A stretch of 64,000 nucleotides of DNA from Candidatus Woesearchaeota archaeon (GCA_018302765.1 JAGVZG010000004.1:16878-80877), one strand, 5' to 3'. Counted from the first letter of the stretch, positions 29,589 to 40,105 are shown. Translations and numbers: made by a program. Notes: generated by a model not told the origin, from the sequence alone.

Positions 29589-30881
29589 TTAGATAAATTC
29601 TTCTTCGTAAGTAATTCTTTTAGATATTTCTCCTCTAAAATCTTGACTAATTAAATCTTTAATTTGATTTCTTTTGTAATTACTTAATAGCCAAGCTAAT
29701 TTTATAAAAGTAGTTTCTGGAAGCATATCGCTGTAGTTTCCCAATATTCCTATTTCTTGTAATCTTCTTCCTGTGTCATAAACATTCATGTTAACCCTTC
29801 CAAAAATGCATTGCGTTGACATTATAACTGGAATCTTTTTAGACAATTTTTTTAATTCTTTGTAAATTAACTCATTTTCTTTTGTATGATTATCTATTTT
29901 ATTTATAGCCAAATGCCCTAAACCTACCCCTTCTATAATCAAACCATTAAATTTAGAAAACATTCTTATTTCCTCTTTTAATAGATTTGGATGTGCTTTT
30001 AATAAACCTATTTTTAATTTTTCATTAAACAATTTTAATTTTAGTTTCTCTTTATGCTCTTTTTTATGATATTCTTGCAAAAATTCTAATTTACCTTCTT
30101 TGTTTACTTTTGCTATTAGAGAAGAGTTTACTGCTTTGAATGCATCTCTTCTTGAGCTATGAAATTTCCTGGTTTTACAAGCAGGTAAGATATTACAAAA
30201 TTCATCTTTGCTTTTCTCATGAATACATATTGCCACTTCATTAAAATTTGTTCTAGTAATAAATTGGGCTGCACATATTAAATTCATAGCTGCGTCTGTA
30301 CTGGGACGATCACTGCTTCTTTGCGCTCCCACTAATATTACTGGCTTGTTTAGGTTTTCTAGAGCAAATGACAAAGCAGCACTTGTGAATGCCAGTGTGT
30401 CTGTACCATGAGTTATAATTATTCCATCAACACCACTTTTCAATTCTTTTTCTATTTCTTTAGCAATTAAATTATAGTGAATAAATCTCATATCTTCTGA
30501 GAACATATTTCCTATTAACCTTGATCTTATATTTGCTATATCTTTTAATTCTGGAAATAAATTTATTATTTCATTTGGACTAAAACTTGGAGATACGGCT
30601 CCTGTTTTGTAGCTCACACGCGAAGCAACTGTGCCTCCAGTGTGTAATATTATAATTGTTTTCAGGTTTTTATTGAATTTAACTTCTTCTTGTTGACTAA
30701 ATTTGTTCTCAATCTTTTGTTTTAGTTCTCTTACGTAAAGAATATTCTTCTTATCCAAACTAACGTTATAGCCTGAATCTAATTTTAGACTTAATATTTT
30801 ACTGTCTTTAGCCTGCATAATTATTCCTTTTAGAACATCACCATTTTTTATTTTTACTTCAACATAAGATCCTGGCTTCAT
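29589..30881 (-). CDS. gatD: Glutamyl-tRNA(Gln) amidotransferase subunit D
   Basis: KLDSGYNV, HTGGTVASRV, THGTDT, GAQRSSDRPSTD, DMLPET. Confidence 0.96.
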   Translation of the reverse strand: MKPGSYVEVKIKNGDVLKGIIMQAKDSKILSLKLDSGYNVSLDKKNILYVRELKQKIENKFSQQEEVKFNKNLKTIIILHTGGTVASRVSYKTGAVSPSFSPNEIINLFPELKDIANIRSRLIGNMFSEDMRFIHYNLIAKEIEKELKSGVDGIIITHGTDTLAFTSAALSFALENLNKPVILVGAQRSSDRPSTDAAMNLICAAQFITRTNFNEVAICIHEKSKDEFCNILPACKTRKFHSSRRDAFKAVNSSLIAKVNKEGKLEFLQEYHKKEHKEKLKLKLFNEKLKIGLLKAHPNLLKEEIRMFSKFNGLIIEGVGLGHLAINKIDNHTKENELIYKELKKLSKKIPVIMSTQCIFGRVNMNVYDTGRRLQEIGILGNYSDMLPETTFIKLAWLLSNYKRNQIKDLISQDFRGEISKRITYEEEFI

Positions 30882-30883
30882 AA

Positions 30884-31612
30884 TTAGTTTATTTTCTCAT
30901 TTAGTTTATTAATCTTTTTATTGACATGTTCCATTATTTTTGGTTTTTCATAGAACAAAGCTGCTTTAATATGCCTAGGAATTTTCTTTTCTAATTCTTT
31001 TGCTTCTTTTACAGCTGTTTTAATTTCTTTTTCTGCTTCTTTGGCTATTGTTTTGGTTTTTTTTATTATATTTTTTGCTCCTTTTTCAGTCTCTTTGATA
31101 ACTTCTTCTGCTTCTTTTCTTGTATCTTTATCTCCTACCTTAGAAAGTCTCAAGCTCCTAGCTATTGGTCTTAAGAACTTTGCTAATTTTTCAGACCTTC
31201 CTGCTTCTTTTGCAATTGCTTCACCTTCTTTAATTGATTCTGCTACTTGTTTTTCTACTTCTATCCCTACATGTGCTACTTTTTGGACACTGGTTACGCT
31301 TTCACTAACTCCAAACAATCCTACTATGCCTTCAAGAAACCTAAATACTAAAAAAAATGGAAATATTGCTATTATATCAAGCCAAGATGCTCTAAGAAAT
31401 TTTGGAAAGTTTCTTATTCTTACATACTTAAATATTAAGTCAATAACAAATACAAAAATTATAAACCAGTCTATAATTTCTATTGCCAGACTATATTTAG
31501 CAACAAAATTGTGAAAAGCAAACTCTCCTACTATAATAAATATAAGAACTAAAAGAAGAAAAGGTATGATTTTATCAACAAACACTTCTATTTTATGCAG
31601 CCAAGGTTTCAT
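30884..31612 (-). CDS. Ion-transport-like (voltage-sensor-type) membrane protein with no visible pore domain
   Basis: IDWFIIFVFVIDL and WLDIIAIFP resemble S2-S3; basic FLRPIARSLRLSK resembles S4; charged coiled-coil tail. Confidence 0.5.
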   Translation of the reverse strand: MKPWLHKIEVFVDKIIPFLLLVLIFIIVGEFAFHNFVAKYSLAIEIIDWFIIFVFVIDLIFKYVRIRNFPKFLRASWLDIIAIFPFFLVFRFLEGIVGLFGVSESVTSVQKVAHVGIEVEKQVAESIKEGEAIAKEAGRSEKLAKFLRPIARSLRLSKVGDKDTRKEAEEVIKETEKGAKNIIKKTKTIAKEAEKEIKTAVKEAKELEKKIPRHIKAALFYEKPKIMEHVNKKINKLNEKIN

Positions 31613-31817
31613 AAAAAAATAATTTTTGTTTAATATTTAAAGTTTTTTAGTGTCTTTTAATTTTTTGGTAATTAAGAATTCTTTATTTATATAAAAATTA
31701 GTTCAGTCTAAAATAGCTATAATATCTAAAAAGTATATATTATATATGAAAAATGTTTATATAGAACTTCTTGTAGTATATAATAAATATAATTAAAGTT
31801 CAATTTCGTTGGTTTTA

Positions 31818-31920
31818 TTGGGCAATAAAACCTTGGGCATGAAATGAACTTTCTTGGGCAAATTTGTTTGTACTTAGTTATACTAGTTGTACGTTTCTAG
31901 TAAAAGTCTTAACTTGGGCA
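31818..31920 (+). repeat. Four TTGGGCA direct repeats upstream of ftsZ
   Basis: Copies start at 31818, 31833, 31854 and 31914 in an otherwise AT-rich intergenic region. Confidence 0.6.
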
Positions 31921-32030
31921 AGTCAAAACTTTTTCTAAAGAGTATGTAACATCACATAAATAAATAGTTTATTGTGGTAGAGTATATACTTCATAATAAA
32001 AAACAAAAAGGAGAACGGGGGTAAAAAGAA

Positions 32031-33119
32031 ATGGAATTTATTATACAGAATGCATTGCAGAATGTGGAATCTACAATAGATCCAGACGTGCAAATAGGAA
32101 GAGCTAGTATTAAAGTTATTGGTGTTGGCGGTGGTGGAAGCAATATGACTACCTGGTTATATAAAAAAGGAGTCAGGGGTGCTGAAGTTGTTGCTATGAA
32201 TACTGACAAACAGCATTTAGATATGATGAGTGCTGATAAAAAAATCCTAATAGGAAGAGACTTAACAAGAGGTTTAGGAGCTGGAGGCTATGCTAATGTT
32301 GGTATGGAAGCTGCAAAAGAACAACTTCCAGAAGTTAAAGATTCTCTTAAAGGAGCAGACATGGTATTTGTTTGCGCTGGTATGGGTGGAGGAACTGGTA
32401 CTGGAGCAGCACCAGTAGTTGCACAAGCAGCTCGTGATGTTGGAGCTATTGTTATAGGTACAGTAACTAGCCCATTCTCAATTGAAAGAGCAAGAGTTGA
32501 TAAAGCTGAATTTGGGTTGCAGCAATTAAGAGCAGTTTCAGATACTGTAATTGTAATTGACAATAACAGACTAGTACAAATTGCAGGAAATTTACCTGTA
32601 CAACAAGCTTTTGCTGTAGCAAATGAACTAGTTGCTACAATGATTAAAGGGATTGTTGAAATAATTGCAGTACCTAGTCTTGTTAATTTAGACTACGCAG
32701 ATGTAAAAGCAATAATGACAAATGGTGGCGTATCTGTTGTTGGCGTAGGTGAAAGTGATGGCGAGAGAAGAGTAGAAGAAGCAACAAAAAGGGCTTTAAC
32801 AAATCCACTATTAGATGTAAGTTACAAAGGCGCTACAGGTGCTCTAATTCATGTAACTGGTGGACCTGATATGACTCTTGATGAAGTAAACAGAGTAGGT
32901 GAGTTAGTTACAGAAACTCTAGATCCTGATGCAAATTGCATTTGGGGAGCAAGAGTTGAAGACTCTATGAAAGGCAAAATAAGAGTTATGTCAATCATTA
33001 CAGGCGTTCAAAGTCCATATGTCTTGGGTAAAACTCTTAGTTCAACACAAAGCTTTGAGAAATCTAAGACAATGAGCAGAGAATTAGGAATTGACGTAGT
33101 GCATGGAAAACGTTATTAA
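32031..33119 (+). CDS. ftsZ: Cell division protein FtsZ
   Basis: VIGVGGGGSN, GMGGGTGTGAAP tubulin signature, NLDYADV. Confidence 0.98.
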   Translation: MEFIIQNALQNVESTIDPDVQIGRASIKVIGVGGGGSNMTTWLYKKGVRGAEVVAMNTDKQHLDMMSADKKILIGRDLTRGLGAGGYANVGMEAAKEQLPEVKDSLKGADMVFVCAGMGGGTGTGAAPVVAQAARDVGAIVIGTVTSPFSIERARVDKAEFGLQQLRAVSDTVIVIDNNRLVQIAGNLPVQQAFAVANELVATMIKGIVEIIAVPSLVNLDYADVKAIMTNGGVSVVGVGESDGERRVEEATKRALTNPLLDVSYKGATGALIHVTGGPDMTLDEVNRVGELVTETLDPDANCIWGARVEDSMKGKIRVMSIITGVQSPYVLGKTLSSTQSFEKSKTMSRELGIDVVHGKRY

Positions 33120-33189
33120 ATAAATTATGCTTTAGGGCCTAAATGTAGAACTTCTTTTTTCTACCCCCTGCCCTAGAGACCCTCTATAA

Positions 33190-33228
33190 GGCTAAAGTCT
33201 GGTTCCCCTGGACTTTAGTCCTTTTTTT
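33190..33228 (+). terminator. Stem-loop followed by a T-run downstream of ftsZ
   Basis: GGCTAAAGTC/GACTTTAGTC 10-bp stem then CTTTTTTT. Confidence 0.45.
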
Positions 33229-33299
33229 ATTTTTATTAAGAAAAATAATCTATTACAACTGTGTTTTATATGTCCAATAAATATTATCTAGAAAATAAA

Positions 33300-34025
33300 T
33301 TAAGAAACTATACTTTTTTCTCTTTTTTTATTATCGTATAATAAATTTCTTACTTTGTCTGCATTTCTTATAGGGCTATTACCATGAAATAATATATTAA
33401 CTTCTCTTGCCAATAAATTTAGGTTTACTTGACCTCTATGATTTCCACTTTGATATTTAAATTTACTTTCTTCTAATGCTCGATATATAAATCTCTTTTC
33501 ATCATCTGAATATGGGGTGCGTCCTCTTGCTATTTGTGCCCTGCGCCCTGCTTCAATATGCCCATCATGAGTCATACCATGAATGCCTTTTCCCTTTTCA
33601 AAAGCTCTACGTCCACCTATAGAACCACCAAGTGCAGAACGCTCCAACATTTGTTCAATAGTAAGAGAAAATATTCCACGCCCTTCACTATATAAATTTT
33701 CACCTATAGCTGAGCCATTCCTAGACTTATGCTTTAAACATAACTCCCTTAGTTCATCTTCTTCAATTAAGCCACTATATTCTGCAGTAATAATACCTTC
33801 ATAACCTCTTAGAGCGTACTTAATAGCTTGCATAGCTATCCCATCATTAACACCATATTTAGAATTTAAATCATACATATCTACTATTTCTCTAAGAAAA
33901 CGCCCTTCTCTATAAGAACCTGCTATTTCAGGATGTTCTGCTTGAAGCCTTTTACCAAGATCAGCTGACATCTTAATAGCTGTCATCTGTTTTCTTACTT
34001 TGTCAGGATCTCTTAACTCATTCAT
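33300..34025 (-). CDS. Hypothetical protein
   Basis: 241 aa with two imperfect GI..(L/M)T......G repeats. Confidence 0.6.
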   Translation of the reverse strand: MNELRDPDKVRKQMTAIKMSADLGKRLQAEHPEIAGSYREGRFLREIVDMYDLNSKYGVNDGIAMQAIKYALRGYEGIITAEYSGLIEEDELRELCLKHKSRNGSAIGENLYSEGRGIFSLTIEQMLERSALGGSIGGRRAFEKGKGIHGMTHDGHIEAGRRAQIARGRTPYSDDEKRFIYRALEESKFKYQSGNHRGQVNLNLLAREVNILFHGNSPIRNADKVRNLLYDNKKREKSIVS

Positions 34026-34055
34026 ATAAATAATATTAAAGAAAATTTTAAAAAC

Positions 34056-34670
34056 TTATTTTTTATGCTTTTCTACAATATTAGTTATGTGTTTCTTAAT
34101 AATATCAGCTGCTGGGATTATTTTTCCTCTTTCTTTGTCTTCTTTTTGTCCATATTTCTCAAAAAAAATAACAGTTTCCAGAGGCTCTCTTCTGGATTTT
34201 TCTTCATACGACTCAGGATAACCTATAGCAAAGACAGCCTGAGGTCTTGCAATTTCTTCTATGCTTAAAATTTCTCTTAGTTTTGTTTCATCAAATGCTC
34301 CAATCCAAGTTGTGCCTAGTCCAAGTTCATGCGCTTTTAGCAACATATTTTGAATTGCAGCAGAACAATTTTGTACTGCATAAAGAGCCTCGCCTCTAGC
34401 GCCAAACATTCTTTTTATTTTTGTTACTTCACTGCAAACAACAATTAACATCGGAGCTTTTAACATCCAGTATTGTTCATCACATATCTTTGCTATCTTT
34501 TCCCTTGTTTCTTTATTTCTTATAATTATAAATCTCCAATTTTGGACATTGCCAGAAGACGGAGCTTGAATTGCTGCTTCCAGACACTCTGAAATTATAT
34601 ACCATGGAACATTTAAACTCTTGAATTTTCTGACACTTTTTCTTTCTTTTATTACTTGGTCTAATTCCAT
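34056..34670 (-). CDS. Nitroreductase family protein
   Basis: RKSVRKF, APSSGNVQNWRF, AIQNMLLKAHELGLGTTWIG. Confidence 0.93.
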   Translation of the reverse strand: MELDQVIKERKSVRKFKSLNVPWYIISECLEAAIQAPSSGNVQNWRFIIIRNKETREKIAKICDEQYWMLKAPMLIVVCSEVTKIKRMFGARGEALYAVQNCSAAIQNMLLKAHELGLGTTWIGAFDETKLREILSIEEIARPQAVFAIGYPESYEEKSRREPLETVIFFEKYGQKEDKERGKIIPAADIIKKHITNIVEKHKK

Positions 34671-34760
34671 TAGATATTATTGTTTCATTGTAGTATATAA
34701 ATATTTTTTATGCACTGTTAAATCAATACTATTTTAAATATCATAAACTTAAGCGAGATT

Positions 34761-35975
34761 ATGAATATTTTTAAAAAAGATGAATTAAAGTTACTCTGGC
34801 CAATTTATATTAGTATTTTATTTGGCAGCATACTTTTTTTATACCCTATTTTTTATGTCCTATACTTCAGAGAAATTGGTTTTAGTTTGACACAAATAGG
34901 TTTTTTAGCTTCTGCCTTTTTTATTGCAAATATATTATTCGAGATTCCTACAGGAGTTATAGCTGATTTATTTGGAAGAAAATTTTCAGTAATTACTGGG
35001 TACATTTTAGCAGGAATAGCAATGACTTTAATAATGTTCTCAAATAATTTTTATATTATTTTAGCCTTATTTTTTTTAAGGGGAATATTTAGAACTTTAA
35101 CTTCTGGTGCTGATGAAGCCTGGATAGTTGATTTTTTAAGGCATAAAAAGAGAAAAGATCTTATTCATGAATACTATACTAAACAGCACAGTTTTATGAG
35201 TTTTGGAATGGTTTTATCAGGTATTATTGGTTCTTTTTTAGTGGGAATTTACGGCCTTTGGCTTATATTTCCTATTACTGGAATTACAATGATCTTGTCT
35301 GCGATTATAACAATTTTTCAATCTGAATACTTTGTTGTTAGAAAAACTAAAATAAAAAATAAAATAAAAGAGTTAATTAATCATGCAAATAAATCTATAA
35401 GCTATTTAAGAAATAATAATCCATTATTATTGTTGTTTTATGCTGGAATTTTAACTACTATAGCCCTTACATTTACTAATGAACTAACTTGGTATCCTTT
35501 ACTTCAAAATCTTGGATTTAAAACTATATGGTTTGGTTATTTAATTTCTGCCAGTTTTATAATTGAAATTATACTGCCTTATTTCATAAAACCAATAGTC
35601 AAATTATTTGGTGGATATAAAAATTATCTAATAATTGTAATCAGTTTTCAAGCAATACTTATTTTATCTGTGCTGTTTGCTAAAAATATGGTTCTAGTTA
35701 TAATTTTGTATTCAATAATAATGCCACTATATAGTTTGTGGGGGATTGCAAGTTCAGTATTATTTCAGCATATAGTAAAAACAAAAATCAGAGCAACAAT
35801 AGGTTCAGTTTTTAATATGTCCACTTCTGCAATGAGTATTATAATCTATCCTGTTGTAGGTTTTTTAAGTGATAAAATAGGACCAAGTACAACTATATTT
35901 ATTTCGGGAATTATACTTATACCTGTTATATTTTTGTATATAAATATTAAAAGCAAGAATATTCCTAAATTATAA
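34761..35975 (+). CDS. MFS transporter
   Basis: FEIPTGVIADLFGRK, SGADEAW, about 12 TM. Confidence 0.9.
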   Translation: MNIFKKDELKLLWPIYISILFGSILFLYPIFYVLYFREIGFSLTQIGFLASAFFIANILFEIPTGVIADLFGRKFSVITGYILAGIAMTLIMFSNNFYIILALFFLRGIFRTLTSGADEAWIVDFLRHKKRKDLIHEYYTKQHSFMSFGMVLSGIIGSFLVGIYGLWLIFPITGITMILSAIITIFQSEYFVVRKTKIKNKIKELINHANKSISYLRNNNPLLLLFYAGILTTIALTFTNELTWYPLLQNLGFKTIWFGYLISASFIIEIILPYFIKPIVKLFGGYKNYLIIVISFQAILILSVLFAKNMVLVIILYSIIMPLYSLWGIASSVLFQHIVKTKIRATIGSVFNMSTSAMSIIIYPVVGFLSDKIGPSTTIFISGIILIPVIFLYINIKSKNIPKL

Positions 35976-36050
35976 TAGAAGCTAACCTTGATTTCCTGTG
36001 CAGATTTTTAATCAAAACCTTTTTATCTTATTAATTAATATTAAAGTTGT

Positions 36051-37829
36051 ATGGATTATATTAAACTTACTGATTATTATCAACAATTAGAAAAAACTTC
36101 TAAAAGACTAGAAAAAACTTACATAATAAGTCAATTATTAAAAGAAGTTAAGAAAGAAGATAATCCAGAATACATTATAAATTTAATAAGGGGAAGGGTC
36201 TTTCCTACATGGGAACAGAGAAAAATTGGAGTTTCTGATAAAATAATAATTAAAGCACTGGCAACATCTACTGGTATTTCTAAAGATAAGATTGAAAAGA
36301 TGTTTGCGAAGATTGGAGATTTAGGTGATGTTGCTCAGGAAATAACAAAGAACAAGAAACAGACAACATTGCATACTAAAAAACTTACTTGCGAATTAGT
36401 TTATAAAAAAATAAGAGACTTAGCAGAACTAGAAGGTGAAGGTACAGTAAATAAGAAAGTTGGATTAATGTCTGAATTATTAACTTCTGCTTCTCCTATG
36501 GAAGCAAGATTTGTAGTTAGAACAATTTTGGAGCAGCTAAGAATTGGAGCTGCAGAGGGAACTTTAAGAGATGCAATAGTCTGGTGTTTCTTTGGAGATA
36601 AATTAAAAATTAAATACAATAAAGAGAAAAATGAAATAGAATTATCTGATGAAACTAAAAAAGAATATGATATTTTCTTAGAGAAAGTTCAGCATGCTTA
36701 TGATTTAACAAATGATTTTGCAGAGATTTTTAGAATTATTAAAGAAGAAGGAATTACTGGATTAGATAAAATAACTTTGAAAGCTGGAAAACCAATAAAT
36801 GTAATGTTATTTCAGAAAGTTAAAGATCTTAAAGAAGCATTTGAAGTTGTTGGAACTCCTTTAGCCTTGGAATATAAAATTGATGGCTTTAGGCTCCAAA
36901 TACATTGCAATAACGGAAAAATTACTCTGTATACAAGAAGATTAGAGAATGTTACAAAGCAATTTCCAGATGTTGTAGATGCTGCAAAACAAGGAATAAA
37001 ATCAGAAAATTATATTATAGATACAGAAGTCATAGGAATAGATACAAAAACAAAAAAATGGCTTCCTTTTCAAAATATTTCTCAAAGAATTAAAAGAAAG
37101 TATAATATAGAAAGAACAGTTAAGGAAATACCTGTTATGGTAAATGTTTTTGATATAATTTCTTACAACAATGAAAGTTTGCTTGATGCACCTTTTCATA
37201 GAAGAAGACATATAATAGAAAAAATTGTTAAAATTATACCTGACAAAATACAACCAATAAAGCAGATAGTAACAGACAAAGAAGATGTTGCTGAAAAGTT
37301 TTACAAAGAATCTTTATCTTTGGGAAATGAAGGTATAATGGCAAAAAATTTAGAAAGTATTTACAAGCCAGGATCTAGAGTTGGTTATGGAGTAAAGATA
37401 AAACCTATACTTGAAACTCTAGATTTGGTTATTGTAAAAGCAGAATATGGAGAAGGCAAGAGAGCTGGCTGGCTGAGTTCATATACTGTTGCATGCTGGG
37501 ACAAAAAGAAAGAAAAATTAATTGAAGTCGGAAAGGTCAGTACAGGATTAAAAGAAAAAGAGGAACAAGGCACAACTTTTGAAGAGCTGACTAAATTGCT
37601 GAAACCATTGATTGAAAAACAGGAAGGCAAAGAGGTTATTGTGAAGCCAAAAATAATTATTGAAGTTGCTTACGAAGAGATACAGAAAAGTCCTGAATAC
37701 ACTTCTGGTTTTGCATTGAGATTTCCAAGAGTAATGAGGTTGCGTGTAGGTGACAAACCTATAAAGGAAGTTAATACTATTGAAGACTTAGAAAAAATTT
37801 ACGATGAGCAGAGATCAAGAGACAAATAA
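36051..37829 (+). CDS. lig: ATP-dependent DNA ligase
   Basis: EYKIDGFRLQ motif I, EGIMAK, YGEGKRAG, FALRFPR. Confidence 0.96.
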   Translation: MDYIKLTDYYQQLEKTSKRLEKTYIISQLLKEVKKEDNPEYIINLIRGRVFPTWEQRKIGVSDKIIIKALATSTGISKDKIEKMFAKIGDLGDVAQEITKNKKQTTLHTKKLTCELVYKKIRDLAELEGEGTVNKKVGLMSELLTSASPMEARFVVRTILEQLRIGAAEGTLRDAIVWCFFGDKLKIKYNKEKNEIELSDETKKEYDIFLEKVQHAYDLTNDFAEIFRIIKEEGITGLDKITLKAGKPINVMLFQKVKDLKEAFEVVGTPLALEYKIDGFRLQIHCNNGKITLYTRRLENVTKQFPDVVDAAKQGIKSENYIIDTEVIGIDTKTKKWLPFQNISQRIKRKYNIERTVKEIPVMVNVFDIISYNNESLLDAPFHRRRHIIEKIVKIIPDKIQPIKQIVTDKEDVAEKFYKESLSLGNEGIMAKNLESIYKPGSRVGYGVKIKPILETLDLVIVKAEYGEGKRAGWLSSYTVACWDKKKEKLIEVGKVSTGLKEKEEQGTTFEELTKLLKPLIEKQEGKEVIVKPKIIIEVAYEEIQKSPEYTSGFALRFPRVMRLRVGDKPIKEVNTIEDLEKIYDEQRSRDK

Positions 37830-37955
37830 ATTCACTAAATTACCATAAATTAGTTATATTCAGTCAGTAATAAAAACATTTAAATACCAGTTTATTACTA
37901 CTAATACAAAAAGACACCATTTAAAAAAGTTGGGTGACAAAGGAGGGGGCTATTA

Positions 37956-38777
37956 ATGATTGTCAAAGAAGAAATTTTAAGCAAATTAAGAGGATATTTT
38001 AATCTAAATTTATATGAGGTCCGTATATGGACAGCGCTTCTTTCTCGTGGTGTTTCTACTGCAGGCGAACTTAGTGATATAGGACATGTACCAAGAAGCA
38101 GAGCATACGACGTTCTTGAAAGCCTGGAGAAAAAAGGTTTTGTTATTATGAAATTAGGCAAACCAATAAAATATATTGCTGTAGAACCTGGTGAAGTTGT
38201 TGAAAGAGTTAAAAAGAACATTCAAGTTGAAGCTGATCAATCAGTTCAGAGGCTAAAAGAATTGAATAATAATGATGTCTTAAAAGAACTGGAAACTTTA
38301 CATAAAACAGGAATAGAATTTATAGACTCAACAGACTTATCTGGCGCTATAAGAGGAAAGCATAACTTATATACTCATTTGGAGTTAATGGTTAAAGGGG
38401 CGGAAAAGTCTGTAACTATAGCGACAACGTCCAAGGGACTTGTTAGAAAAGTAGAAGCCTTAAAACCTGTTTTACAGAAGCTTGCCAAGAAAGGAGTAAA
38501 TGTTAGAATTGCAGCACCTTTGACTAAAGATTGCCAGAATGCAGTAAAGGATTTAAAGGGCATTGCAGACGTGAGAGACTCTGGAAAATTAGCAGCAAGA
38601 TTCTGCGTTGTAGATGGGAAAGATTTATTATTTATGGTAATGCATGATGAAGAAGTTCACCCAACTTATGATGTTGGCGTTTGGGTAACAACACCTTTCT
38701 TCGCAGGCGCATTAGAAAATATTTTTGATTTGGCATGGAAAGACTTTGAACCTGCAACTAAGAAGTTCAAAGAATAA
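37956..38777 (+). CDS. TrmB family transcriptional regulator
   Basis: LNLYEVRIW.ALL, VPRSRAYDVLESLEKKGF, GKPIKYIAV. Confidence 0.9.
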   Translation: MIVKEEILSKLRGYFNLNLYEVRIWTALLSRGVSTAGELSDIGHVPRSRAYDVLESLEKKGFVIMKLGKPIKYIAVEPGEVVERVKKNIQVEADQSVQRLKELNNNDVLKELETLHKTGIEFIDSTDLSGAIRGKHNLYTHLELMVKGAEKSVTIATTSKGLVRKVEALKPVLQKLAKKGVNVRIAAPLTKDCQNAVKDLKGIADVRDSGKLAARFCVVDGKDLLFMVMHDEEVHPTYDVGVWVTTPFFAGALENIFDLAWKDFEPATKKFKE

Positions 38778-39002
38778 ATCTTTTCTTTATTTTTTTAAAT
38801 TTTATTTAGTTCTATAATTAAGATATTAATTTTTTGATCCTAAAGAATTTCTTAATACTGTGATGTAGCTCAGTTTAAAATAAATACAACAGATGACTGT
38901 TCTGAAACAAGCAAAGAACATAACTATTTTGCTTACACTTATTGTAAAGAAAAAAACATTTTATTCTCTTTAGTATGAAGTTTCACAATGATAAATAAAA
39001 AA

Positions 39003-39449
39003 TCATAACTTTCTTTTTTTCGGTCTTCCAAAGAAAGCTCTTTCAAATGGAGACATTGGATCGTTTTCTATTTCTCTTCTCTCTTTTTCTACTGCTTGTC
39101 GATGATAATATTCTTTTTTCCCTCTTGCCCAACCTTTAGCTTTAGCTGCTTCATTTTCTTCTATTTCTCTTAATTCTTTACCTCTTACATTTCTTTCTTC
39201 TACTCTTTCTCTTTCTAATTTTTGTTTGTGACGTAAATATTTTTCATGTTTTATTCTTTCTTCTCTGGCTCTTGCTTCTTCTGGAGTTAGATTAAGCCTA
39301 TAATAAATATAAGTTAATAATGCAACAAATAAAGCTATGTAAAACATAATAGATGCAATATTTCCTTTAATAATAAGAGCAATAATGAATAATAAAGCTG
39401 TTAAAATCACCCCACTAATAATAAATACATCTCTTCTCCTTATCTTCAC
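39003..39449 (-). CDS. Hypothetical membrane protein
   Basis: Two N-terminal TM segments, charged tail. Confidence 0.55.
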   Translation of the reverse strand: MKIRRRDVFIISGVILTALLFIIALIIKGNIASIMFYIALFVALLTYIYYRLNLTPEEARAREERIKHEKYLRHKQKLERERVEERNVRGKELREIEENEAAKAKGWARGKKEYYHRQAVEKERREIENDPMSPFERAFFGRPKKRKL

Positions 39450-39523
39450 TTCACTTAAAAGTAAACATTAGTTTTAATATATAAACATTTTTAAAACTTG
39501 GCAGAAACATTTATATAACAATT

Positions 39524-40105
39524 ATGGTATATATTTTTATGAAAAGAAAGAGCATTATTATTGCAATAAGCTTTTTTTTGGCTATATTGTTCCTATCTAC
39601 TATTGGCAGCATTTATACAGGTTATGCTACTTTAGATCAAAGTAGATTGACATTAAAATACTATCCTTATCCATTTGTAAAAAATAATGTTCCAAATGAT
39701 GTTTACGTTGTTATCCCTTATGATTATAGATACAATGAGTTTAAAGTAGCGGTGGATATAGCAGAATCACTTAAAGGAAATAATCTTGTTGCTCCTTCAA
39801 TAGTTACAGACAAAGAAGTTCCTGAAGGAAATCATAATTTTATTTTGATAGGAAATCCCTGCAACAACAACTTAATTGCAAATGAATTAGCAACATTAGA
39901 TTGCAGTCTTGATTTGAAAAAAGGCCAGGCCTTAATTACAATACTTAATCATCAGAGAACTAGTACAATTGTACTTTCTAGTTATAATAGTGAAGACTTA
40001 GAAAAGGCTGCAATAGTTTTAACAAACTATAAATTTTATCCTTTTATGAAAAACAAGATCGTTGTTAGCGGAGATGTAGGAAATTTAGTCCTTGATTATT
40101 ATTAA
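39524..40105 (+). CDS. Secreted or membrane protein with an S-layer-family C-terminal-like domain
   Basis: N-terminal TM, NFILIGNPCNNNLI motif. Confidence 0.55.
   Translation: MVYIFMKRKSIIIAISFFLAILFLSTIGSIYTGYATLDQSRLTLKYYPYPFVKNNVPNDVYVVIPYDYRYNEFKVAVDIAESLKGNNLVAPSIVTDKEVPEGNHNFILIGNPCNNNLIANELATLDCSLDLKKGQALITILNHQRTSTIVLSSYNSEDLEKAAIVLTNYKFYPFMKNKIVVSGDVGNLVLDYY

Noticed and set aside
19255-37829. Inteins in leuS, ftsZ or DNA ligase, given the nearby LAGLIDADG-like gene
   Set aside because: Protein lengths and motif spacing are normal and no intein splice-junction motifs are visible.
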